Origin: Azolla caroliniana
Taxonomy: Eukaryota > Plantae > Polypodiophyta
DNA length: 64,000 nucleotides
Assembly: GCA_043228905.1 (NCBI GenBank)
Contig: JBHGNT010000012.1
Location: 13,330,001 to 13,394,000, forward strand
Direction of reading: 5' to 3'
The notes beneath the pieces were generated by a model. That model saw nothing but the letters and a program-made list of their open reading frames with translations, did no database searches and was not told the origin of the DNA. Position numbers and translations under genes: made by a program. Positions 36,581-48,300 of the stretch are shown here, in pieces; the stretch's first letter is position 1, and each line of letters opens with the position of its first letter.

Positions 36581-39172
36581 CTTTTCATTCGGAAAGGTCG
36601 ACTTGGGTCGGTTAGCATTTTGCTTTATGCGGATGACTTGGGCATCACCGGCGCCGACCTCGGTGAGATTGACTGCGTAAAGCTCCAGCTTGCGGCATCA
36701 TTCGACATGAAGGATCTGGGGGACCTTCATTACTTCCTCAGGATCGAAGTGATCCGCACCCCCGAAGGCATACTGATCAGCCAACGACATTACGTGTTGA
36801 GTATGCTCTTCAAATTCGGGATGGCCGACTGTAAGTCCGTCTCGACTCCTCTAGATAGAACTGTCAAGCTTCTCTTCAATTCCTGAAAGGTATTATACTT
36901 GGCCATCACCCGACCAGATCTCAGCTACCCGGTCGGGGTGATTAGTCAGTTCATGGCGCGACCAACCGAGGAGCACCTTCAGTGCGCACAACGCGTACTC
37001 CGGTACGTCAGTGGCACTAAGGACAGGGGGCTACTATATCGAACCGATACTACCGCGCGGTTGGTTGGTTACACCGATGTTGATCCGAAAACGCCGGCGA
37101 TCGTCGATCCACGTCCGGTTTCGCGTTCTCTCTTGGGAGTGCTGCAATCGCGTGGAGTAGCAAGAAGCAGCCAACAGTTGCGTTGTCGAGCTCCAAAGCC
37201 GAGTATAGAGGAGCGGTTGTTGCGACATGCGCAACCATATGGTTGAAGCGGCTACTTAAGGATTTGCAGGTGGAGGTATCCGATCCAACGTCAATCTACT
37301 GCGACAACCTCAACAACATCCAGCTAGCCAAGAACCCCGTCTTCCATGCCTGGACTAAGCACATTGAGGTGCACTACCATTTTGTCCATGACCGTGTCCT
37401 CTCCGGTGAAGTCGAACTTCAGTACGTTCCGACGGATCGGCAGACCACTGACATTTTCACCAAGCCCCTTGGTCTCGACAAGTTGCGACCATTCTCGGGT
37501 GTGCTTGGGTTGCGTCACCTTGACGTGCCGAACTTGACGGGGAGAAATGTCCATGATGACCACGGAAGGGAGCAGGAAAGGAGCGGAAAGGAGCATGAAA
37601 AATTCGATTTCGGATCGGCTGAAGAAGCCGAGGGCGGATCCGTGGAAGAGTCTGAAAGTGGACATAAGGGGAGCAGTCGAAAGAAAGAGCCGAAGCCAAC
37701 CAAGAGAGGGGGAGACGGAGCCATCAAGGGCGAGAAGACTAGAGACGAGTTGGAGACAAACAACTCGGACGAGAGCGAAAACCAATCAGAGGAAGGGGGA
37801 CACTGAATCAACTAAGGGCCAAGTGGAAGAGAAGGCAACAGAAGAGGCGCCAACACCGCAACAACAAGGAAGTTGAGAAGGGCCGTGTAAGTAGACAAGC
37901 CGACTGGAAGGGTCGAGGCGCGAACCGAACGGGTCGAGGAGCGCGAGCGAGGCGTGAAGCTAGAAGGAACCGGAGCAGATGGAACCTCGAGTTGAGCTTG
38001 AGAACCCAGTGCGTAAATCGGTACACATAACATGGTTGTATTGGTGCGTAAACCACGAGGCCGTTGGGAAGATATTCTTCGTAAGGAATAATTTTGGGAG
38101 TTAGTGTGGTAGGCTCATTTATGAGCAGTCAAGTACTGTCAGTACTTGTGTCCGCCCTATTGTCAGGGCTTGTATAAAAGGTGCTCACTAAGTACGATGT
38201 ATGTTCAGATTGAGTATTATTTTGAATTGAGTTTCTGTGTGTTCTCTCTCTCTTTGTCTCTCCCGCGTATTGTATATTCAAGCTCTCCATTAAACCTGCG
38301 TTTTTTGTGTTCGGTTTTCTATTGCTTCTGCATGCTATTCTTTTTTTTACAAAGTCCTATGGCTTTAATTCGCACGGCTTTGTTAACCTGACATTGGTGA
38401 CATTTAGTCACATAATTATGTATGTCAGGGCACATCTTAGGCCAATAAAATTGAGTGGAGATGAGAACGAGTGTATGATGTATTCAAGGGTGCCTGGCTG
38501 AGGGTGCATCATGGCATTAAAAAATAATTCTCTCTTTGACCTCAGGCAAATCTGGAACACAAACCTTCCCATTAAGGTAGAGCAGACCGTTAGTGTTATC
38601 CCTAGGGGCCGGACAATGCCCTAACACAGAGTGTCCCTTTGAGACACTTCACCAAAGGGGTGTTGTGGTGAGATAAACTTAGACCGAACAATTAATGAAA
38701 CCCTAATCGGTTACTAATAGGCAAGATCATTAGTCACAATACACGCGTAAGATGAATTACACTTAGCACAGAACGGTAATTAACACTGATTAAGATACAG
38801 AACAACAAAACTCTATTAATTATCCGCTATTTCATTACAAACAGAGGTTACAAAGTCACTTTATATAGTGACTATCCTAGGGCAACTGCCCTTTATGTTA
38901 TTTATAGAAATGGCCCAAACTTGGGCTGTCCAAAGGGACAATGTGAATACGGTCATTATACACTCGTATTCAACACTCTGCCGTAATGGGCGTATACATG
39001 GGTTATCGAAAGAATTACAGGTATATATACAAGGTTTATCGGATAGATCGGTTTTGTCAGAGGGCAAGATCCGAAGACAGAGGACCGAACCGGTTGGGTC
39101 AGAAGAGCTGAAGCTGATCCTCAGAGAACCGATGTCGGTGGTCTGAAACCATCCTGTGCTGTGTGTCCGACT

Positions 39173-41311
39173 TTAATTGGACCGATTTTTCGTTACGCCC
39201 ATCTGGTGCCGAAGGGACTGGAAACGATCCGCCGAAAGGCACTTGGTCATTCCATCTGCGACATTATCGATTGTGGATATCTTCTCGAGACTGATTTTCC
39301 GTGAAATGACGCAGTCCCAAACGAAATGATATCGAATGTCGATATGCTTAGAGTCGTTGTGGTGAACCGGATTTTTTGACAAGGCAACGGCACCCTGACT
39401 GTCGTTGTAGACAACTGGAGTCGAGTCGGAGTTGACCTGTCGAAACGTGTGCGCCAGCCGACTGAGCCATAAAGCTTCTTTTGCCGCGTCGGACGTAGCT
39501 ACATATTCCGCTTCGGTCGTTGAGGTGGCTGTGCACTCCTGAAGTTTTAACTTCCATGAGATTGCTCCATTGCCAAATTTGAAACAATATCCGGTTGTTG
39601 ATTTCCAACTATCCACACAACTGGCAAAGTCCAAGTCGGTGTAACCGACTACACCCGAGGTTGAGTTCAGGCCGAAAAGAATGCCGTGGTCTTTTGTGCT
39701 AGCGAGATATCTGAACACATGCTTGACTGCGTTCCAATGCGATCGGTCGGGGTTGTGCATGAATCTGCTGACGACTCCTACGGCGTGAGAAATATCAGAC
39801 CGTGTCCCGACCATTGCGTACATGAGGGAGTCGACTACTGGTGCATACGGTACCGACTTCATATTTTCCCCCTCCGGACCGGATGTCAGACTTTCTCGCT
39901 GAGACAGCCGAAGGTTAATGGGGAGCGGGGTCGAAGCAGACTTGGCCTATTGCATGTTGAAGCGTTCTAAGACACGTCCGATGTAGTCGGTTTGAGACAA
40001 GAAAAGTTGTCGTGTATCGCGATATCGACTAATCTTCATACCAAGTATGTGTCTTGCCGGACCGAGGTCCTTCATGGCAAACTTCAACCACAGTTGCCGA
40101 ACGAGTTCGGTGAGCTCTTCGGCATGCCGACTGGAGAGTAGCATGTCGTCCACGTAGATGATGAGGAAGACGGGAGACCTGTCTTGAGCTGTTTTGGTGA
40201 AGAGACAGTGGTCCTCATCGCTCTTGGAGAAGCCGACCGACTAGATGAAGTTGTCAAACTTCTTGTACCATTACCGGGGTGCCTGTTTCAGGCCGTATAA
40301 ACTCTTCTTGAGTCGGCAGACTAGATGTTCCTGGCCGGATACCACAAAGCCTTTCGGCTGCTCCATATAGATTTCCTCCTGTATGTCACAGTGGAGGAAT
40401 GCCGTTTTTACATCTAGCTGAATCAGCTCCAAGTTGTCGGCGGCCACGACGCCGAGCATGAAACGGAGGGTCGTCATTTTCACCACTGGTGAAAAGATTT
40501 CGTCGAAGCCGATGCCATATTCTTGTCTAAATCCCTTCGCAACTAATCTGGCCTTGTACTTTGGGGTGGTCGAGTCGGACGTCTCTTTTAGTCGATAGAC
40601 CCACTTACATGGAAGAGCACATCGATTGTTCGGTAATTCGACCAAGTCCCAAGTCTTGTTTGCCCGGATGGAGTGCATTTCTAACTCCATCGCCAGATGC
40701 CATGTGGCTGAATCGGTAGATGCCGATGCTTCTTCGTAAGACGTCGGTTCGCCGACGTCGGTAAAGAAAATTCCGGGAGATTACCTCTTCGGAGGTTGCG
40801 ACAGTCTCTCGAATTTGCGAGGTATGACTGGACTAGTCCCACCGGGTGTTAATGTCGGATGGTCGGGAGCCGAGTCATTCGGTTGTGCCAAATCGGTGGA
40901 TTCAGTGCGAGAGTTGTCGGTTACCCGTGAAACCGATCTCGTGTTGTGGGCTGGGCCGTCATGAAGGGTTGGCATTTCGGGAAATATTACCATTCGGACT
41001 TCAATAGGCCTTTCGGCCGTTTTATGCATAGCCGACTCGTTGAACACGACGTCCGAACTTCGGACGATTTGTCTGTGCTCGGGGTCCCAAAGTTGATATC
41101 CAATCTCGTCGTCGGGTCCATATCCAAGAAAAACATATTTCCTTGACCTTGGTTTGAGTTTCCAGCGTTCGTCTTTCGGTATGAGAGCATACGCCTCGCA
41201 ACCGAAGATCCTCAGTTTGTCATAATTCGGCTTACTGCAGGTCCATATTTCCTGAGGCATTTGAAGTCCTAGAGGTCTACTTGGTGACATATTTATTATG
41301 TGTACTGCTGT
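39173..41311 (-). mobile_element. Copia element G fragment (integrase tail, RT, RNase H)
   Basis: LRIFGCEAY, KYKARLVAKGF, QLDVKTAFL, YVDDML, STTEAEYVA, KHIDIRYHF. Confidence 0.88.
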
Positions 41312-41904
41312 TGTCGCGAAAATACGACGAGGACACGTGAACTTGTGGCAGGACCCTGGGGCCTCCGATCGGAAGATATCAAATTCGTATGTTTATATTA
41401 AACAATTAATGGAAAATGAGAAAGATTGACAAATTTCATTAACAAATAGAAAGAAAGATTACAATCAATCCCAAGATTGAGATTACAAAAAGTTTAGTTA
41501 ATGGAGATTACTAGAGTAATAGATAAGCGGAAATTAAGATATGAATTCTATAGAAAATTAGGGTTTTTTGGTTTTGATAAGAGATTATGGTTTATGAGTT
41601 GAATAACTTCTGTATGGAAAATTCGGGTTTTTCGCTTCCGTAGGGAAAATTAGGGTTTTTGGCTTCCGTAAGGAAATTTAGGGTTTATGAGTGTTATAGC
41701 TTCGATAAGATAAGGAGTTAAGAAGGAAAAGAAAATAATGGAGAGAGAGGATGAGTATAGGAAAAAAAATGGAATATATATGGAGTTCTCCGTTGATCAT
41801 AACATGTCCACTTTTTGTTGCATGGCCTGTACTTTTAGTTGCATAGCCTTTTCTTTTAGTTGCATCTATTTTTAGTTGCATGGCTTTTTCTTTTAGTTGC
41901 ATGC
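41312..41904 (-). mobile_element. LTR fragment H inserted in G, itself interrupted by I
   Basis: Abrupt TGTCGCG boundary after G coding sequence; AT-rich, repeated tagggtttt and ttttagttgcat motifs; TATA-like at ~41775. Confidence 0.55.
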
Positions 41905-42012
41905 TGTCAGGAACAGTACTAAGACAGAGAAGGAATTAGTACTAAAAGAAGTATTACTACTAAGAGAGGTGAAGAACTCTCGAGAGAAGGAGAGAGTGAG
42001 TGAGAGGGAGCC

Positions 42013-42015
<3 letters not shown>

Positions 42016-42070
<55 letters not shown>
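42016..42070 (+). repeat. (GA)n microsatellite inside the 3' LTR of I
   Basis: About 27 GA units; much shorter and interrupted in the 5' LTR (~56367). Confidence 0.9.
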
Positions 42071-42073
<3 letters not shown>

Positions 42074-45000
42074 AAGAAAAGATATATATTATGTGAAGAG
42101 AATGTACAGTAGTAGCTAGGAGGCTTAAGACTAGCGTTGAACCGATTTGGTTCGAAATAATGCCTTGTGCCTCCTTTTATAGTGTTCTGAGGAATACTCC
42201 TGAAGTTTCTAGAATGTTCTAGAGAAATTTGGAATATACATCAATTTTCTATAATGAAAAATAAATGAAAACAATATTTTATGTATTACAATGTATCGTC
42301 TAATGGTCAAGAGCTCAACCCGTGTAGCATAAGGTCATGTGTTCGAGTCTTGCTATATCATGACACTATCCCCCCTTTAAAACGACGAGTGTCACGAATC
42401 GTTTTGGATTGAGGACCCGGTTTGTCCGGATATTGACGATGGAAGTCTTCAAGAAGAGCACGAGCATTGATCACATTCTCTATCGGTTCCCAAGTACGCT
42501 TGCTAGGACTATATTCTAGCCAATCGACTAGATAGTAGAGCTTGTTGCGAACAATCTTGGAATCAAGGATGGCGGCAACCTCGTACTCAGGTCTATCTTC
42601 AAGCTCGATCGGGGGTGGAGGCTGTGTATTACGTCCTGGGATGGTGTTCTCTTGATAGGGTTCGAGGAGAGAACTATGAAACATTGGATGTATCCGAAGT
42701 TGCGGAGGTAGATCGAGACGAAAAGCGACATCATTAATCTTTCCTAATCGCCGATAATCCAACTTCTCGCATGGGCGAGTAGTCTTGATGTGTCGTCGTA
42801 GTAGCCATACCCAATCTCCAATGTTAAAACTAGATGGAAGTCGATGACGATCCGCATAAACCTTGTGTGTTTGTTGCGCTTGTAGGAGATGAATAGATAA
42901 ATCGGCTTGTATCTTGCGTAACCGCTCTAAACAATCCTCTGCGCAAGGATTTGTGGACAACTCTGGGGTTTCAAATACACGCCACCAGGGGTGAGAACCC
43001 GAATAAGCATAAAATGGCATAACTTTAGTCGATGCGTGGACAGAGTTATTGTAGGCAAATTCGGCGAAGTGGAGAATATCTACCCAATCATCTTGATGAT
43101 AGCTTAGAAAGCACCATAGATACTACTCCAGTGTTTGATTTGTTCGTTCTGCTTGGCCATCCGTTTGTGGGTGGTAGCCGGAGGAGAGGTTACACGTGAC
43201 CTTGAGCATTTTAAAAAGGTGCTTCCAGAATTTCGATACGAACTGGGGTCCACGGTCGCTGATGATACTATTGGGAAGGCCATGATGCCGACATACTTTA
43301 TGCATGACAATTTCAGCGGTTTCTTCGCTGGATATTTCCTTAGTACATGGCAAGAAATGAGCCATCTTCGTATATCGATCTACGACTGTTAGAATCGCAT
43401 TGAACCCCTTAGAGACTGGAAGATCTGTGATGAAGTCTAGAGCAATGGATTGCCATGGCTTGCTTGGAATTGGTAATGGTTCTAATAAACCATATGGATG
43501 ATGCCTTGGCATTTTTGCTTTGCAACATGTATCACAAGACCGAACAAAATCTTCGACAAATTGTCGCATACGGGGCCACCAAAATGATCGTTGTACTAAT
43601 CTAATGTTTTAGTACTACCAAAATGCCCAGGTGTATATGTGCCATGACAGTTTTGGACTACTTGAAGGCGGCAAGAACCATTAGGAACATACAAGAATTC
43701 ATTAAAGAATAGTAATCCATCATGGTATTTGAATTGCTTATAGTCCGTACCTGGTGGTTGCGACTGTGAACAAGATGCTCGAGAGGGATCAATTTGTGCT
43801 AGAATGGCTTGGGCGAAAGCATCGGTCTTCAAGTCCTCACGTATAGTATCGATAACATGGGAATCCATTGGCATGCCAAAGACCTGTGTTGCTTGTAGTC
43901 GTGTTGGTCCCAAAATTACTTGCTTTTCGTTATCAAAAGCTGGCTCGCCGGGACATGGTGCTAGGTACGAATGCCGTGATAATGCATCTGCCTTCCCTTG
44001 GTGCTTCCCCAGACGATATTTAATTTTGAAGTCGAAACGTGTAAGGAAGTCGGCCCACCGAGCTTGACGTCGATTTAACACACGAGCATCCTGAAAGTAG
44101 GCAAGGTTTTTGTGGTCACTGAATACGGTGACTTGATGAGAGGATCCCTCTAGAAAATGCCTCCATTGCGTAAAAGAGTCCACTATTGCCAATAGCTCCT
44201 TATCATGAATTTCGTAGTTGATTTCGGCAGCGTCAAACTTGTGTGAGTGAAAAGCCACAGGATGTAGCTTCTCGTCACTACCCCGTTGTGACAGAATGCT
44301 CCCCAATGTGAAATCCGATGCGTCTGCTTCGATAATGAATGGTTTTTCCGGATCGACATGAGCTAGAATTGGAGCCGACGTAAATGCCTTTTTAAGACTC
44401 TCGAAAGCCATGTCCGCTTCTTTAGACCAAACTAATAATTGTCCCTTCCTTGTAAGCTGTGTGAGAGGCAGAACGAGCTTTGAGTAATCATGTATGAACT
44501 TCCGGTAAAAATTGGCAAAGCCTAAAAAGAATTGCACATCTCGCACCGAACGCGGAGTCTGCCACTCTACCACAGTTTTGACCTTAGTTGGGTCCATGAA
44601 AATGCCTTCTGAGGAAATGACATAGCCCAGAAATTCCACTTGGTTGCACCCAAAACTACATTTTTCCAGCTTTGCATAAAGACCATGTTCTTGAAGTCGT
44701 TTTAGTACTAACAGTACATGAGAATCATGCTCTTCTTGGGTCTTTGAATAAACCAATAGATCATCCAAATAGATGATCAAACAAACATCCAAGAGATCTC
44801 AGAATATATCATTTTCCATGTGTTGGAAGACTGCTGGCGCATTAGTGAGGCCGAATGGCATGACTGTATACTCGAAGTGCCCATATTTGGTGTGAAACGC
44901 GGTCTTCCATTCATCTCCTGGTCGTATCCGTACGAGGTTATAGGCTCCCCGTAAGTCGATCTTTGTGAAGAACCTGACACCATTGATACATTCTAAAAGA

Positions 45001-45342
45001 CTTGAGATAAGGGGAAGTGCATACCTATTTCTGATTGTCACCTTATTCAAGCCACGGTAATCTACAACGAGACGAAGTGATCCATCCTTTTTCTTGATGA
45101 AGATGAGATTTCGAATGCCGAATGAAACCATTTTCCAAATTCTTCTCTATATAGGCTCGCAGGACTTCTAGCTCGGTTGGTGACAAATTGTAGATCGGTC
45201 CCCATGGTGGCTCTTTCCCCGGTTGTAAATCGATGGGGCAATCATACGGTCGATGGTGAGGAAGTGTATTGGCTTGTACTTTATCGAACACATCGGCATA
45301 ATGATGATACTTCTTTGGAAGTTGAACGGTGGACTCCTCTTT

Positions 45343-48300
45343 TATTATAGATCTCGGTACTAAAGTAAGCTTAAGATAAGGATAAAGAAATGAAAGATAG
45401 AAAGGAGAAAGAGAAAGAAGGGTGCTGATCCACCCGACCACCCCTGAGCGAAGGGATCGAGACGGACTCGAGCCTCGATCGACGTCCCATACCACCACCG
45501 TGGCGTCGAGTCGTACCTGGTGTTGGCGCGCTCGCTACAAGAGTTGACCCACCACACGAGCAGAGTCTCGATGTAGTCAAAAGATTATCAAATGAGGGTA
45601 GCTAGGCCTCTTATTTATAGCGATACCCAAGGCCCCCAGGCAAGTTCACACTTGACCTAATGGGTTGTCTCAATCCCGAGGATTAAAAGTAATCCTCCCC
45701 TTCTTTACACTCTCGTTTAACCCTCACACTTATCCACGTGTATAGAATACTACGGTAAACTCTTACCACGGGATATTATATGGTCATGCCCGTAACATAC
45801 TCCCCCTCTTTAAAACATTGCCCTCTTGCAATGGAAAGTTAGGGAAGTTAGTTCTAAGAGTATTTTCGCGTTCCCATGTGGCATCTTTTATTGATTTATC
45901 CATCCATTTTATTTTAAATTCTCGGATTTCTTTAGTACGTAATTTTTTTGTTTTAACATCGAGAATTCTTTCTGGTACATGTGGTTTAAAAGATAATTCT
46001 TCAGAAGTAACCAGAGTTTCAGTCGTAACTGTATTGTCGCCAGACCCTAGAAGTTCTTTTAGACGACTCACATGAAAGACTGGATGAATTCTGATACCAT
46101 CGGGAAGAGCGGGACGATAGGCTGATGACCCAATGCGTTTGAGGACTGTAAAAGGTCCACAAAACCGTGGGGCTAACTTAGCGCACTTACCCATAGACAA
46201 TGTCTTAGAATTGTGAGGTACACGTGAAAATACCTTCTGTCCAGGGTTGAATACACGAGGTTGCCTATGATGATCGGCATAAAAACGCGCTCTATCTTGA
46301 GCTGTTTTTATATTATCTCGTGCAATATGCAACATATCTTGCATATCCCGAAGAAAGTTTTGCGTACTTCGCAACTCATCATGATGTATATTAACATCAA
46401 TCAGGTCTCGTGGCTGAAAACCATACATCAACATAAAAGGACTATATCCCGTCGACGTATGCTTGGAGCTGTTACAAGCAAACTCCAAAATTGGGAGATA
46501 ATGTTCCCATTTTGTTGGTTTTGCACCAACGTATGCTCGAAGCATGTCCTCAATAATTTGATTTACTCATTCTGTCTGTCCATCGGATTGAGGATGATCC
46601 GTGGAGCTCATGCTCAACGTAGTTTCTAACTTCTTAAAGACTTGCGTCCAGAAGTCACTAGTAAACTTTGGATCTCGATCATTGACGATATCCATCGGTA
46701 ACCCATAAAAACGAAACAATTCGTCAACGAATTGGTAAACCAATTCAGGAGTTGTTACCGTGGTTTTAGTAGCAATAAATCTGGCCATTTTAGTTAGTCG
46801 ATCAACGACAACCCAGATGGCATCATGACCTTTTTGGGTGCGAGGAAGGCTAACAATAAAATCCATGGATATACTTTCCCACTTATTATTGGGAATGTCC
46901 AAGGGATGTAAAAGTCTTGCGGCTTTAAGTCGCTCGGCTTTGTTAACCTGACACTGGTGACATTTAGTCACATAGCTATGTATGTCAGGACGCATCTTAG
47001 GCCAATAAAATTGAGTGGAGATGAGAACGAGTGTACGATGGTTTCCAGGGTGCCCTGCTGTGGGTGCATCATGGCATTCAAAAAGAATCCTCTTTTTGAC
47101 CTCGGGTAAATCTGGAACACAAACCTTCCCATTACGGTAGAGCAAACCGTTAGCAATGTGGAAGTATTCCTTCGAGGATGTGGTGGTGTCTGTTCCAGAC
47201 TCAACTCTTGCCCAGTATTTTGCGAAATAACTGTCATCAGGATACTTTCCATGAAGGTGATCATAAAGATCTGATGATATTGCAGTGAAGCTAAGCATGT
47301 TAACTTCACGGATGCGACTTAGTGCATCAGCGACAGTGTTCATGGAACCTTTATGATATCGTATGGAAAAATCAAAGTCTTGGATGAGATCAGCCCATCG
47401 TGCCTTATGACCTTTCAAGTCTTGTTGGTCACAAAAATATTTCAAGGACTCGTGGTCCGTAGTTACCACAAAGCAATTTCCATAAAGATAATGGCGCCAT
47501 GTTTTGAGCGCATGTATAACTGCAAATAATTCCTTTTCTTGAACGGTATACCGACATTGAGCAGAATCAAGTTTCTTACTCTCGAATGCTATTGGTTTAC
47601 CATCTTGATACAAGACAGCACCTATAGCATAATCGCTTGCATCGGTTTCAACCTCAAAAGGTTTTGAAGGATCAGGTAAAAGAAGTGAAGGAGCCTTGCA
47701 AACCAGGTCCTTGAGTTCCTTAAAGGCAAGGTCTAGTGTAGCATTCCACACAATAGGTTTTGTGGACTTACGCATTTTACCTTTTAAAAGATCAGTAAAC
47801 GGCGTCGTCAATTGGGAGTAACTACGAAGAGACTTTCGCAAAAACCCCACAAAACCAAGGAATGATCGAACTTCTAGAATATTCCGAAGAGTGGGCCAAA
47901 GCTTGATTTTCTCAATGCGAGAAGGATCAATTTCAACTCCTCGTTCGGTTATGAGATGTCCTAGACAAGTAATTGATTTCATGAAGAACTCACATTTTGA
48001 GATCTTCGCATAAAACTGTTTGTCACGGAATGTTTGTAAAATAAAGCGGACATGTTTAGGATGTTCTTGTAATGTACGGTTATAAACTAAAATATCATCC
48101 AAGAAAATAACGACAAATTTTCCAACTTGTTCTTGGAAAACGTCATTCATTTCTTGTTGAAATGTAGCCGGAGCATTGGTCAAACCAAAAGGCATAACCA
48201 AAAACTCATAATGGCCATAGCATGTACGAATTGCCGTTTTAGGAACATTGTCCTCACTTGTACGAATTTGATGGTAGTGAATACGGAGATCAAGTTTCAG

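Larger units (their letters stand above)
14824..38351 (+). mobile_element. Copia element C1: 5' LTR 14824-15232, gag 15318-16299, RT/RNase H ~36581-37806, 5'-truncated 3' LTR ~38009-38351
   Basis: TSD AAGTC at 14819-14823 and 38352-38356; PBS TGGTATCAGAGC at 15233; gag EKLDKNNYVSWSYKM; RT LLYADDL; RH KHIEVHYHF and DIFTKPL. Confidence 0.88.

Noticed and set aside
41555-41690. Telomeric tract in LTR H
   Set aside because: Isolated tagggtttt motifs within a longer degenerate LTR repeat, not tandem TTTAGGG
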